A program made the translations under genes and the position numbers. 64,000 nt of DNA from Macrostomum lignano (Eukaryota), in contig NIVC01002714.1 in assembly GCA_002269645.1 (NCBI GenBank), positions 1 to 64,000 of the forward strand, read 5' to 3'. Of this stretch, positions 1-13,306 are shown one piece after another. Below the pieces are notes generated by a model that ran no database searches, was not told where the DNA came from, and saw nothing but the letters and a program-made list of their open reading frames with translations. Within the stretch, counting starts at the first letter, position 1. Every line of letters begins with the position of its first letter.

Positions 1-587
1 TCAAAGCTAATTTTACTTGTAAAATTGAATGCTTCATCACAATATTAATTTGCAAGCTAGACTTGAAAGTGTTGTGAACTAGATCTGGTCTGCAGGCATT
101 GTTAGATAATAAGAGTTTGTTGACCTCTGATGTATAGTACATTAATAACTAATAACTAATTAGCTATACAATATAACATCTAGATAACCTAGCCAATTTA
201 GCTAATGATAGGTGATAGTTGCAATACAGCAGGCAAGCACAAAAATTATAAATAAGGTGCAAACAACAAAGCATGAAAAATAAAGTAAAATAAAGCAAAG
301 TAGTCAAAGCCAAAAAGAGAAAAGATTTAAATTATAGACAGAGTAAAGCTATATTGCACCAGGCATTAAAATTATTCAATAGAGTACTAATATAATATAC
401 TCGTATGTACAACTTGTACTTGATTTTTTATTTACAAAAAAGATTAGTATAGAAGCAATAAATGCTGATGCTCTTGGTGATAATGTTTTTATTTATTAAG
501 TCTGGGTGATATTTGTATTAACTTAAATGCAAAATATGATTTATGACAAACTAGCATTTACAATTTCTATTTTTATTATTTGTTTAG

Positions 588-3500
588 CTGACAGCATTGG
601 ATGTGCTTCGCAAGTCGCTAGCATTGGGAACAAACAGCTCCTGTATTTACCTGTTCACCTTCGAGCTGATTGAGGTTGGAACCAGTGTAGAATTTTCTAT
701 TGGACCTGTTCAGCAAAAGAGTCTTGGATTGGTAAGGCGTGTTTATTATAACTTCTATTTAATAATTATTTATATTTGCTATTAACTGAATATTCCTTTT
801 AAATGACATGCCTTTCAGAAAAAGCCAATTGTTCAGCTGGAAATTTGCGACAACAAAAAGTTGGTTGTATTGTGCGACAATCTGCTTCAAGTGCTATCTA
901 TACCTAGCCTCGAGGTCTCTTATAATGCCACTAAACTGAAGAATGTGACCAGCTTCCAGGTTCACAATGCTCTGTATGAAAAATCTTTAGAGGTAAAGCA
1001 TATTATATTGTTTATGAGCAGTAATTCTTGTCATTTAATCATTAGGTTTTGTACGGTAGCTTTTGTTTTCCAAATACTAACCATTGTCACTCCGAACTAT
1101 TGCCACTCCGAATTCTTGTCACTCCGACCGAGCATTGTCACTCCGAATTCTTGTCACTCCGACCGAGCATTGTCACTCTGAACTATTGTCACTCCGAATT
1201 CTTGTCACTCCGACCGAGCATTGTCACTCCGAACTATTGCCACTCCGAATTCTTGTCACTCCGACCGAGCATTGTCACTCCGAACTATTGCCACTCCGAA
1301 TTCTTGTCACTCCGACCGAGCATTGTCACTCTGAACTATTGCCACTCCGACCGAGCATTGTCACTCTGAACTATTGTCACTCCGGGTCATGTCACTCCGA
1401 GAAATGTCATTCCGAGTCATGTCACTCCGAGCCATGCCACTCCGAACCATTGTCACGCCAAACCATAGGCACTCTAAAATATAGTCACTCCGAACTATTG
1501 TCACGCGGAACTCTAGTCACTCTAAAATATCAATCCAGAAATTTACCACTACTTTGAACTTATTTCTGATGTTGCATCGCTGATCCCTTGTCTTTTCGTA
1601 TCACTACAAACGCTTTCATTCATACTGCTAAACCCGCAGCTGTACATTGGCACGAAAAAGAAGACAATCGTGCTGCTTCAACTTGGCGACTCAAAGCCGC
1701 AGCTGATTCGGGAAATTTCTCTGCCCGAAGTGCCGCTGAGTTTTGTGAGTGCTGACTGTAACTCTGCAAATGCCTGCTTTGTATCTGCTTGAGCCGTATG
1801 CTGAAATGATATTTAAAGATCATCTTTACTTTCCGTTTCCATGGCAACAGCGCGTTGACGGTGACGCGCTATGCGTAGGCCTGTGGAGCCGCTACCTGCT
1901 TGTGAATTGCGCTCCTGACGGCACCCAGCAGCAGCAGGAGCTGTTCTCCCTTGACGATGGACAGCGGGTGACTCCGCTGGTGGAGCTGGTTGAGAAGGTT
2001 GGTTTAGTTATACTGCTTTGTGTGTGTTGCTATCTGGTCTTGTGGCCAGCCTCCCAGAGTGTCAGTTGCTGGGCCAGCCTCCCAGATCCTCAGTTTCTGG
2101 GCCAGCCTCCCAGATCCTCAGTTGCTGGGCCAGCCTCCCAGATCCTCAGTTGCTGGGCCAGCCTCCCAGATCCTCAGTTGCTGGGCCAGCCTCCCAGATC
2201 CTCAGTTGCTAGGCCAGCCTCCCAGATCCTCAGTTGCTGGGCCAGCCTCCCAGATCCTCAGTTTCTGGGCCAGCCTCCCAGATCCTCAGTTGCTAGGCCA
2301 GCCTCCCAGATCCTCAGTTTCTGGCCAGCCTCCCAGATCCTCAGTTGCTGGGCCAGCCTCCCAGATCCTCAGTTTCTGGGCCAGCCTCCCAGATCCTCAG
2401 TTGCTGGCCAGCCTCCCAGATCCTCAGTTTCTGGGCCAGCCTCCCAGATCCTCAGTTGCTAGGCCAGCCTCCCAGATCCGCAGTTGCTAGGCCAGCCTCC
2501 CAGATCCGCAGTTGCTAGGCCAGCCTCCCAGATCCTCAGTTTCTGGGCCAGCCTCCCAGATCCTCAGTTGCTGGGCCAGCCTCCCAGATCCCCAGTTGCT
2601 GGGCCAGCCTCCCAGATCCTCAGTTTCTGGGCCAGCCTCCCAGATCCTCAGTTGCTAGGCCAGCCTCCCAGATCCGCAGTTGCTAGGCCAGCCTCCCAGA
2701 TCCGCAGTTGCTAGGCCAGCCTCCCAGATCCTCAGTTGCTGGGCTTTGATTTTTTATTGATTTTGTTAGTGAACGAAAATTGCATATCGGCTGCTTCGAA
2801 CAGAAATTTAGAGATTTTACGAGTATTCGAAACAGCGGCATCAAGACATAAACATAATGAAAAAGAGAAACAATTCCAAAAGTTGACAAACTTTTATTCA
2901 TGAAAGGTGAAGTCTGAGCCATTCTTAGTTATTATTGTATTCCAAACTCCAGAAATAAATAGCAGTTTTTGCTCTCTTCGGCAAATGCGACGTGCATCAG
3001 CTGCATATTTAGTTTATTTTCTCCAATAGTAATTTTTTGACATTGAATTCCTGCAGCAGGTGGTGGCTTCGTGCCGTCCTGTACGTTTATGTTTGATAGG
3101 CGACGTACTGCGAGACTATTTTATGTACATTTTTCGTGGCACTATTATGTCATAGACTAGTATATATTCAGCTGGGCTTATTGAGCAACAAATTTAAAAG
3201 GCGTTGCGCAAACCAAGCGGTAACTAAAGCGTTACAATAAGGACCACATCTCGTGGTAATGGAGCGCCATATCTAGCGTTAATGGAGCTCCACAATAAGC
3301 GCCACATCTAGCGGTAATGGAGCTCCACAATAAGCGCCACATCTAGAGGTAATGGAGCTCCACAATAAGTGCCACATCTAGCGGTAATGGAGCTCCACAA
3401 TAAGCGCCACATCTAGAGGTAATGGAGCTCCACAATAAGCGCCACATCTAGCGGTAATGGAGCTCCACAATAAGCACCACATCTAGCGGTAATGGAGCGC

Positions 3501-6500
3501 CACATCTAGCGGTAATGGAGCTCCACAATGAGCGCCACATCTAGCGGTAATGGAGCGCCACATCTAGCACCACATCTAGCGGTAATGGAGCGCCACATCT
3601 AGCGGTAATGGAGCTCCACAATGAGCGCCACATCTAGCAGTAATGGAGCGCCACAATAAGCGCTAATGCCTACATTGAGCACCACAAGTGGCACATTAGG
3701 CACAAAAATTGACTAGAAAATATCCTGAGTTTTATTCACCCTACTTACAGTAGTACTGATGAGAAAATGTTCACTCCGCGCAGGGCGAATTCCTAGTGAC
3801 CGGCATGAACAATCTGGGAATATTTGTCAGCGCCAAAGACGGCAGCTCTCGCCGGCCGCCTCTGCAGCTGGACTCCAACACCCTGGCCTTGGCCTGCGCC
3901 TCGCCATACGTGCTGAGTTTAAACGACGAATTTCTAACCGTGCACAGCGGTCTGCACTACGAGCGACAGCAGGTGCAAACGCACAGCGTCAATGGCGGCC
4001 TGTCGTTGGCTTTGGCTCGAGAATTTGCCCGCTGCGGCTCGCTGTCTCATATTGTACTGATTGCCTGTCAGAGCGGCGACTTGCAGGCCGCGCTGCCGCT
4101 GCCCTGGTACAGCCAGGTTGAGCAGATGCTGCGTGAGGGCCAGGTGAGCGTTCAAAGTTTATCGTGAACTATTATGATGACTCAAAAGTGCCCGATCAAC
4201 CGTTTCTCGTGTCCAATGACCCATATCTGTGTCCAATGACCCATATCTCTGTCCAGTGACCCATATATCTGTCCAATGACCTATATCTCTGTCCAATGAC
4301 CCATATCTGTGTCCAATGACCTATATCTCTGTCCAATGACCCATATCTCTGTCCAATGACCTATATCTCTGTCCAATGACCCATATCTGTGTCCAATGAC
4401 CAGTTATTTATTTCGTTACTGCGCCTCCTGCCTATCCCGGCCAGGTGGACGAAGCCATGCGCGTGGCCGAGCACGCTCGCCAATCGGCCTCGGACGCCGG
4501 CCAGTCCAGCCCGGAGCTGCTGGCCAAATTTCGCCGAATTCAACAGGCGGCCGGCTTGGCCTGCCTGCGTCGGGCCACGTCGGCAGCGGCAAAATCGGCC
4601 GGGCAGTCTGTGGCCGAGGACGCTCAGAAGGCTACTCAGTACCTGGTCGAGGGACGAATCGATCTGCGACACCTGCTTGGCCTCTGTCCGGGTCTGTTGC
4701 CGCCGTCCGGATCGGTGGAGCTGCCCGCGCCGCCGGACGGTCTGTCTCAGCTGGCCGAGCTGTGCCGGGCTGAGCCGGACAGGATGAACTTGTTGAAGGC
4801 CTTCCTGCTGGAGCTGCTGTTCAAGTATAGGGTCAGCCGTTTCACTGGGGACCTCAGGTGAGTTCTGTTTGACTTGGACTCTTGCATTGATGGTTGCGTG
4901 TCTTTGGATGGGAAGCTGGCCCAGCAACTGAGGATCTGGGAGGCTGTCCCAGCAACTGAGGATCTGGGAGGCTGGCCCAGCAACTGAGGATCTGGGAGGC
5001 TGGCCCAGCAACTGAGGATCTGGGAGGCTGGCCCAGCAACTGACACTCTGGGAGACTGGCCCAGCAACTGAGGATCTGGGAGGCTGGCCCAGCAACTGAG
5101 GATCTGGGAGGCTGGCCCAGCAACTGAGGATCTGGGAGGCTGGCCCAGCAACTGAGGATCTGGGAGGCTGGCACAGCAACTGAGGATCTGGGAGGCTTGC
5201 CCAGCAACTGAGGATCTGGGAGGCTGGCCCAGCAACTGACACTATGGGAGGCTGGCCCAGCAACTGAGGATCTGGGAGGCTGGCGAAGTATCTGGAGCAG
5301 TGGGAATTGATGTGAGAGGACATTGATAAAAAAAACCCGTCACCCGTGCTCTCCTCCCGCAGACGCGAGGCGGACACGGCCCTGCTGAAGCTCTGCTCCG
5401 AGCTGCGGCCGGGCCAGACGGAGACTCTGATCTACTCTGAGCTGGACTGCGACTCCGCCGACTGCCTGGCATTCTTGGCCAGCTCTGGCCGGCACCACGC
5501 CCGCGCCCTGTTGCTCCGCTCTCTCGGCCGATCAGCCGAGGCCTGCCAGGTTTGGCGCCAGCTACTTGACGACAGCGAAGCTGGCGATCCGCAATTTCCG
5601 GGAGTTGATTATTTTGCCGAGTACGTGACCACTCTGGCTGCCGCTGATGCCGACGGCCTGTTCTGGCCGCACGCCGAGTACCTGCTGGCTAAGGAGCCGG
5701 AGCGGCACCTGCGAGTGCTGACTGGCTGCGGCCTTCCGCCTAGCGACATTGTCACCAGGCTGGAGTCCAGAGCTCCCAAGGCGTTGCTTCTCTATTTGGA
5801 GCAGCATCTGCTTCTGCTGCTGGACGAGACAGATCGGGAAGAAGATCGGAAGCTGGACGGTGGGGACGAGCGGCTGCACACTCGGCTGGGCGCGCTGTAC
5901 CTTGACGCTATTGAAGAGGCCGGAGTTGATAGCGGTGAGTTGACTTTAACAATTTTTATCTGAGCTCTGATGTGCCGGAGGCCCAGGCTCGATTCCAAGT
6001 GCAGTCGCATTAGTTTTGGAGCTAAATTGGAATCTCGGCTTGTCTCTGCTCGTGCAATTAACGGCTTTAAGGGCCAACCCATAAGGCACTATAGTTAGGG
6101 CCGCTGTACACTCCTGTATGAGTGTGTGCGTGTGCGTATGACTGCGCACTTATCCGCGCGATTGTGTGCCTGCTCAGGTGAGTCGGTGGAATGGGCAGTA
6201 AACTGCCTCTCGCCGGTTGTGTGACAATGGCGCTTAAAGTGCGCCAGTGCACACAGCCCCGTAGCACCCTTGAGAGCTATTAATAAAGGATTTGTTTATT
6301 AAAATGTGCATATTTGCGTCTTTGCAGACTCCGACGCGGCCGCATCATTGAGAGCCCGCCTGTTGACTTTTCTGCGTCGATCAAAAGTTTATCGGGCTCA
6401 ATTTCTGCTTGGCCGACTGCAGACTTTGCAGGTGAGGGTTTTGAAAGCTTCAACCTGTTTTTGCGTTTCGAAATGTTTACATTGCTACTGCTAGTAGTGT

Positions 6501-9004
6501 AAGTTTTCATTTTTATTTTTAACGAGCAAATTAGCGAAAATATGTTTTTTTTCTACTGTCAGTAGACTACACATGTGTTTTAAATTCAATTACAAATAAA
6601 CGCTTATTCTTCCCTCAGTCGCGGTCCGGCGACAGCGGCGCCAGTCTGTTGCTGCCCCATCTGGCCGAGCTGCGAGCCCGCTGCGGCGACATCGACGGCG
6701 CACTTCGCGTCCTACTGTTGGATCTTGGCGACTGCGACGCCGCGGCGGAGTTGTGCTCCGCCCAGTCCAATCCCGGGCCGTATTGGTCCGCTCTGCTGGC
6801 CATCTGCCTGTCTGGCGAGCACCGCGATCGCCTCCTCGGTTCCGCTGTCCGTCTGTTGAACCGGCCAGACGTGCCAGCCGACGGGGCTCGAGTCCTGCCG
6901 CTGCTGCCCGCTAATTATCCCGTGGGACCGTTGAGGCCGTTTCTTTGCTCGGCTCTGCGCAGGGCGTTGCATAGGAGACGCTCGGCCTGTCTGGCTAAGG
7001 GACTGGCCGTGGCGGCCCAGGTAGGTTGGGGTGAGGTAGTGGCCAAGCCCGGTACAAAAATTAATATCTTCTCTGTTCAGAGAGCACGTTCCCTGGATTT
7101 TCAATTGTCGTTTCTAGTCTCACTATGAGAATCGCCCCTAGTCTCACTATGAGAATCGTTTCTAGTCTCACTATGAGAATCGTTTCTAGTCTCACTATGA
7201 GAATCGCCCCTAGTCTCACTATGAGAATCGTTTCTAGTCTCACTATGAGAATCGTTTCTAGTCTCACTATGAGAATCGTTTCTAGTCTCACTATGAGAAT
7301 CGTTTCTAGTCTCACTATGAGAATCGCTAATAGTCTCACTATGAGAATCGCCCCTAGTCTCACTATGAGAATCGCCCCTAGTCTCACTATGAGAATCGCC
7401 CCTAGTCTCACTATGAGAATCGTTTCTAGTCTCACTATGAGAATCGTTTCTAGTCTCACTATGAGAATCGTTAATAGTCTCACTATGAGAATCGTCCCTA
7501 GTCTCACTATGAGAATCGCTAATAGTCTCACTATGAGAATCGTCCCTAGTCTCACTATGAGAATCGCTAATAGTCTCACTATGAGAATCGCTAATAGTCT
7601 CACTATGAGAATCGCTAATAGTCTCACTATGAGAATCGTCCCTAGTCTCACTATGAGAATCGCCCCTAGTCTCACAATGAGAATCGTCCCTAGTCTCACT
7701 ATGAGAATCGCTAATAGTCTCACTATGAGAATCGTCCCTAGTCTCACTATGAGAATCGCTAATAGTCTCACAATGAGAATCGTCCCTAGTCTCACTATGA
7801 GAATCGCTAATAGTCTCACTATGAGAATCGCTAATAGTCTCACTATGAGAATCGCTAATAGTCTCACTATGAGAATCGTCCCTAGTCTCACTATGAGAAT
7901 CGCCCCTAGTCTCACTATGAGAATCGTTTCTAGTCTCACTATGAGAATCGTTTCTAGTCTCACTATAAGAATCGCTAATAGTCTCACTATGAGAATCGTC
8001 CCTAGTCTCACAATGAGAATCGTCCCTAGTCTCACTATGAGAATCGCTAATAGTCTCACTATGAGAATCGCTAATAGTCTCACTATGAGAATCGCCCCTA
8101 GTCTCACAATGAGAATCGTCCCTAGTCTCACTATGAGAATCGCTAATAGTCTCACTATGAGAATCGTCCCTAGTCTCACTATGAGAATCGCCCCTAGTCT
8201 CACAATGAGAATCGTCCCTAGTCTCACTATGAGAATCGCCCCTAGTCTCACTATGAGAATCGTCCCTAGTCTCACTATGAGAATCGCTAATAGTCTCACA
8301 ATGAGAATCGTCCCTAGTCTCACTATGAGAATCGCCCCTAGTCTCACTATGAGAATCGTCCCTAGTCTCACTATGAGAATCGCTAATAGTCTCACAATGA
8401 GAATCGTCCCTAGTCTCACTATGAGAATCGCTAATAGTCTCACTATGAGAATCGTCCCTAGTCTCACTATGAGAATCGCTAATAGTCTCACTATGAGAAT
8501 CGTCCCTAGTCTCACTATGAGAATCGCTAATAGTCTCACTATGAGAATCGTCCCTAGTCTCACTTTGAGAATCGCCCCTAGTCTCACAATGAGAATCGCT
8601 CCTGTTTCGGCTTCAAAAATCGGCCTAAGAACTTTAAAGTCACCTCGACAGTAGGTAGCAAGCAACGGCCCACCGTGACCTCTTTGTCCCCGCAGCTGAC
8701 CCTGTCTCACCAGCTGGCCAGCCTGCCCAACTGCCGCTCCAGCATCAGCCTCACCGAGACCACCCGCTGCGCCGTTTGCAATCGCCGATTCGACGAATCA
8801 TCGCCGTCGCCGTCCGTTCCGTCGACGTCGGCAGGCGCAGCTCCGGCAGCTTTGGCTTTCGTGCTGACGTCGACTGGTCAACCGGCCCACTTCCGCTGCT
8901 GCCCGTGGCTTCACGAAGCAACAGCAGCGAACAGCAATTCTACTTCATCCAGTGCCGTCTCCGCTGCCGGCTCCCCCACTGAAGCAGCCAAGACCTCAGC
9001 TTAG
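588..9004 (+). CDS. TGFBRAP1: TGF-beta receptor-associated protein 1 / Vps3-like CORVET subunit (CNH domain, clathrin-repeat region, C-terminal Zn finger); 5' end not securely located
   Basis: Ten phase-consistent GT-AG exons: 588-731, 819-992, 1640-1744, 1851-1997, 3784-4143, 4445-4857, 5363-5934, 6328-6431, 6619-7020, 8696-9004. Motifs match the recalled vertebrate protein: LVVLCDN, GMNNLGIFV..PYVLSLNDEFLTVHS, GRIDLRHLLGLCPGLLP, DTALLKL, CAVCNRRF..HFRC. A possible upstream micro-exon lies at 96-131 (low confidence). Confidence 0.9.
1083..1525. repeat. Intronic minisatellite of CACTCCGA modules (about 50-bp higher-order unit)
   Basis: Repeated attgtcactccga/gccactccga inside TGFBRAP1 intron 993-1639. 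Confidence 0.9.
2044..2744 (+). repeat. 29-bp satellite A (GGCCAGCCTCCCAGATCCTCAGTTGCTG-type), copy 1
   Basis: About 24 tandem units in TGFBRAP1 intron 1998-3783. Confidence 0.95.
3250..3662. repeat. About 35-bp minisatellite (gcgccacatctagcggtaatggagctccacaataa)
   Basis: Tandem units in the same TGFBRAP1 intron. Confidence 0.9.
4209..4400. repeat. 20-bp minisatellite (gtccaatgacccatatctct)
   Basis: About 9-10 units in intron 4144-4444. Confidence 0.95.
4914..5284 (-). repeat. 29-bp satellite A, copy 2 (reverse orientation)
   Basis: cagcaactgaggatctgggaggctggcc units fill intron 4858-5362. Confidence 0.95.
5970..6295 (+). mobile_element. Probable degenerate tRNA-derived SINE
   Basis: B-box-like ggctcgattcc near 5996 and a non-repetitive body ending in an AATAAA/A-rich tail, within intron 5935-6327. 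Confidence 0.4.
7108..8600. repeat. 24-bp minisatellite (tagtctcactatgagaatcgNNNN), about 62 units
   Basis: Fills intron 7021-8695 and generates the spurious 509-aa and 549-aa ORFs. Confidence 0.97.
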
Positions 9005-9661
9005 GTAGATAAATCATATGTTTATATTCATATATACACAATGATCCCTTTTAACCTGTAATTAATTAGTAGTACATTGGTAGAGAATCAGTATTTTTGA
9101 ATAAAAAGATTTTAATGAAAGCTAGCTAGTAAACTCTTACTATTGTTTGTATATATTTATTGACTGAATGATGATTATGAGAGACGATATTTATGAACAG
9201 GGAGCCCCCCCCCTGTCTGCAGCCATACCCCATGAGCAGGCTAATTAAGCCGTCTGTGTTCTTAAATTCCCAGATACCCAGATATGCTTGTGTTACTGAT
9301 TCATATTTCTATTGAAGCATAAATCGATACTTGATTTTGAAGTCTTTAAAAAGTTTAACTTAATTCATTCAGTTGTAATAAGCAGGTAATGAGCCATTTG
9401 ATTTAGTTATAGATAATTGTCACTGTTTTCGTTATTGTATTCTCTGTGCAATCAATGCCGGTTTGTATTGTTTTAGTACAAAGGTTTTGTGAGCGAACCA
9501 GAGGTTTTGTTATGAAATTTATGAATATAGTGTTAATAAATAAATTTATCAACGCCCCTAGCTAACGGCCGTGATTGTGATTCTTCGTTGTTGATTTTAT
9601 TATTTCTCCTGTTTTCATTTGCTAGTGGTAGTTTGTTATTATTTAAGAGATTTTTAACAGG

Positions 9662-9663
<2 letters not shown>

Positions 9664-9746
<83 letters not shown>
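9664..9746. repeat. (CT)n microsatellite
   Basis: Pure CT run. Confidence 0.97.
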
Positions 9747-9751
<5 letters not shown>

Positions 9752-10267
9752 CTATTCTTTTTTGCCTCTCTCTTCCTCTACTCCCCTTTCTCTATCTCTC
9801 TCCCCAATCCATCTCTCCCTCCCCATATCCCAACCTGTAAATCCTCAATCAGCCGCTTCTTTCCTAACTACAAAAAAACGCACGAACCCAGAGCCAAATT
9901 GCCGAGCCCTCAGCTGTCGCGCAGCGTGTTTACTCACTTGGCCAACGCGGGGAGGTCGGGGGAGGAGAGACATACATAGGAGAGACAGCTGCGCTAACAG
10001 ATTTTCTCTGGACTGGTCCCCCTCCTACCTACACACAGAGTGTCCTTCAAGTAGACTGAGGGCTAAACTAGTCTATTCAACTCCTATTTCAGCCCCCTGT
10101 TAGTCTCGCTCACTACTAGAGCGAAGAATACAATTAAAAGCTATTTTAGTGCAACTGCAAACCCAAAAATCCCAACTCTGAAATCGCCTACTCTGAGAGG
10201 ATTTATATATACTGAGATCCCTAATGCGCAGACAATTCCCCTTTCAGCTCAATCGCTTTTAGCCACA

Positions 10268-11920
10268 ATGAAAGCCCTAATCCTCGTCGGCGGTTTCGGC
10301 ACTCGCCTGCGCCCCCTCACCCTGTCGCAGCCGAAGCCTCTGGTTGAATTCTGCAACAAGCCAATGATGCTGCATCAAGTTGAAGCCCTGGCAGCTGTCG
10401 GAGTCGATCACGTGATCCTGGCCGTCAGCTACCGGGCCGAGCTTATGGAGCAGCGATTGTTGAAGGAGGGCGAACGTCTGGGCGTTAAATTTACCTTCTC
10501 GTTCGAGGAGGAGCCTCTTGGCACCGCCGGCCCGTTGAAGCTGGCCGAGAAATACCTGGCAGAGTCGGCCGATCCAGCCGAGCCCTTCTTTGTCCTCAAC
10601 AGTGACGTCATCTGCCAGTTCCCTTTCCAGCAGATGATCGAATTTCACCGGGCCCACGGCCGGGAAGGCACCATCATGGTCACCAAGGTTGAGGAGCCGT
10701 CCAAGTACGGCGTTGTTGTGTACGACGAGGCCACTGGGCTGATCGACCGGTTCGTTGAGAAGCCGCAGGAGTTCGTGTCCAACAAGATCAACGCCGGTCT
10801 GTACATCTTCAGCCGGTCGATTCTGGACAAAATTCCCAATAAGCCAACTTCTATAGAGAAGGAGACTTTCCCGCTGATGGTGCAGCAGGGCAACTTGTAC
10901 GCATTGGAGCTGCACGGCTTCTGGATGGATGTTGGCCAGCCGAAGGACTTCCTAACCGGTGCGTTGTTAACATTGTTCTGGGATCACTCACTCGCTCACT
11001 CACTCGATCACTCATTCACTCACTCACTCACTCACTCACTCATTCACTCACTCACTCACTCACTCGATCACTCATTCACTCACTCATTCGCTCATTCACT
11101 CACTTATTCATCCATTCACTCACTCACTCACTCACTCACTCACTCACTCATTCACTCACTCATTCGCTCATTCACTCACTTATTCATCCATTCACTCACT
11201 CACTCACTCACTCACTCACTCACTCATTCACTCACTCACTCACTCGATCACTCATTCACTCACTCATTCGCTCATTCACTCACTTATTCATCCATTCACT
11301 CACTCATTCACTCACTCACTCACTCATTCACTCACTCGCTCACTCACTCACTCATTCACTCACTCGCTCACTCACTCACTCATTCACTCACTCACTCATT
11401 CACTCACTCACTCACTCACTCAGTCGCTCACTCACTCACTTAGTTACTCGCTCGATCACTCACTCATCACTCACTCACTCACTCACTCACTGCAGGCATG
11501 TGCATGTACATTGCCAATTCTCCGTCTGCCTGCGCCACGCCGGACGGAGACGCCGGCAAATCCGGGGACGGCGGCGGCGGCACGGCGATCACCAGCAGCC
11601 TGGTGCACCCCACCGCCAAGATCGGGCGCAACTGCCGCATCGGGCCCAACGTGGTCATCGGTCCCAACGTAGTTATCGAAGACGGCGTTCGAATCCGTCG
11701 CAGCACGGTGCTCGAAGGCTCGAAAATTCGCGAGCACAGCTGGATTGACTCGTGCATAATTGGCTGGCGCTGCCACATCGGCCGCTGGGTCCGTATGGAG
11801 TCCGTCTGCGTCCTTGGCGAAGACGTCAACGTCAATGACGAGATCTATTTGAACGGCTGCCGGATCCTGCCGCACAAGAGCATCGGCGAGTCCCAGCCCG
11901 AGCCGCAGATTATTATGTAG
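10268..11920 (+). CDS. GMPPB: Mannose-1-phosphate guanylyltransferase beta (GDP-mannose pyrophosphorylase B), 371 aa
   Basis: Exons 10268-10958 and 11496-11920 (phase 1). [25 protein letters not shown] signature, [13 protein letters not shown]|MC, hexapeptide repeats, C-terminus [16 protein letters not shown]. Confidence 0.97.
10983..11490. repeat. (TCAC)n microsatellite filling the GMPPB intron
   Basis: Runs almost from the donor (10959) to the acceptor (11495). Confidence 0.97.
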
Positions 11921-11935
11921 GACCTCAGCGTCTGA

Positions 11936-12540
11936 GTAGGCTGTCTATGAAGGGAGCAGGTAGGCTGTCTATGAAGGGAACAAGTAGGCTGTCTATGAAG
12001 GGAGCAAGCAGGCTGTCTATGAAGGGAGCAAGCAGGCTGTCTATGAAGGGAGCAAGCAGGCTGTCTATGAAGGGAGCAGGTAGGCTGTCTATGAAGGGAG
12101 CAGGTAGGCTGTCTATGAAGGGAACAAGTAGGCTGTCTATGAAGGGAACAAGTAGGCTGTCTATGAAGGGAACAAGTAGGCTGTCTATGAAGGGAGCAAG
12201 CAGGCTGTCTATGAAGGGAACAAGTAGGCTGTCTATGAAGGGAACAAGTAGGCTGTCTATGAAGGGAGCAAGCAGGCTGTCTATGAAGGGAACAAGTAGG
12301 CTGTCTATGAAGGGAGCAAGCAGGCTGTCTATGAAGGGAGCAAGCAGGCTGTCTATGAAGGGAGCAAGCAGGCTGTCTATGAAGGGAGCAAGCAGGCTGT
12401 CTATGAAGGGAACAAGTAGGCTGTCTATGAAAGGAGCAGGTAGGTTGTTTATGAAGGGAGCAAGCAGGCTGTCTATGAAGGGAGCAGGTAGGTTGTCTAT
12501 GAAGGGAGCAAGCAGGGTGTCTATGAAGGGAGACAGGCAA
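11936..12540. repeat. 24-bp minisatellite (aggctgtctatgaagggagcaagc) just 3' of the GMPPB stop
   Basis: About 25 units starting about 15 nt after TAG. Confidence 0.95.
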
Positions 12541-12976
12541 TAAGTTTGTCCCTCAGACCTGAGACTACATTTGCCATCACTTTAAATATACAATATAATT
12601 TCTTTAAACCGTGTCTTTTAGCGGCAAGTTAGCGGCTTTCGACTGCTGTTAGCCTTAAACTACATTATGTTATAGTTAGTTTTACTACAAATATTGTTGG
12701 TATCCTTTGGTCACGCTAAGCAGTTTTTGCAAAGCAATATGTTTCTTTTTTCAGCATCACACGGACTTACATTCAGCTAATGTGCCGCTGTGGTCTGATT
12801 TCTTATCTATAATAAATTAGCTGTAAGCTTCTGTTCGATACAGTTACAGCTTCTGAAGCCCATATGCTTTGCCGAACTAGTTTACTGTTTGTGTTTTTCA
12901 CTGACAACTGCATGTAGTGATGTTGGTTTTGTTTTAATCAACCACGCCACGGCTCGTCATGCAGCATTCAGCCATC

Positions 12977-13306
12977 CGGCCTCCCAGATCCTCAGTTGCT
13001 GGGCCAGCCTCCCAGCTCCTCAGTTGCTGGGCCAGCCTCCCAGATCATCAGTTGCTGGGCCAGCCTCCCAAATCCTCAGTTGCTGGGCCAGCCTCCCAGT
13101 TCCTCAGTTGCTGGGCCAGTCTCCCAAATCCTCTGTTGCTGGGCCAGATCCTCAATTGCTGGGCCAGATCCTCAGTTGCTGGGCCAGCCTCCCAGATCCT
13201 CAATTGCTGGGCCAGATCCTCAGTTGCTGGGCCAGCCTCCCAGATCCTCAATTGCTGGGCCAGATCCTCAGTTGCTGGGCCAGCCTCCCAGATCCTCAGT
13301 TGCTGA
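12977..13306 (+). repeat. 29-bp satellite A, copy 3
   Basis: Same unit as 2044-2744, with internal deletions; intergenic. Confidence 0.93.

Noticed and set aside
96-131. First coding micro-exon of TGFBRAP1 (ALLDNKSLLTSD)
   Set aside because: The splice sites and phase fit, but there is no recognisable homology or ATG, so it was left out of the gene span.
7061-8710. 509-aa and 549-aa ORFs, and similar long ORFs at 10268-11443 (tail), 11947, 16573, 17440, 22651-23560, 24915-25694, 29335-30850, 52830, 58365 and 59689
   Set aside because: They are translations of stop-free tandem repeats lying in introns or spacers, with no domain content.
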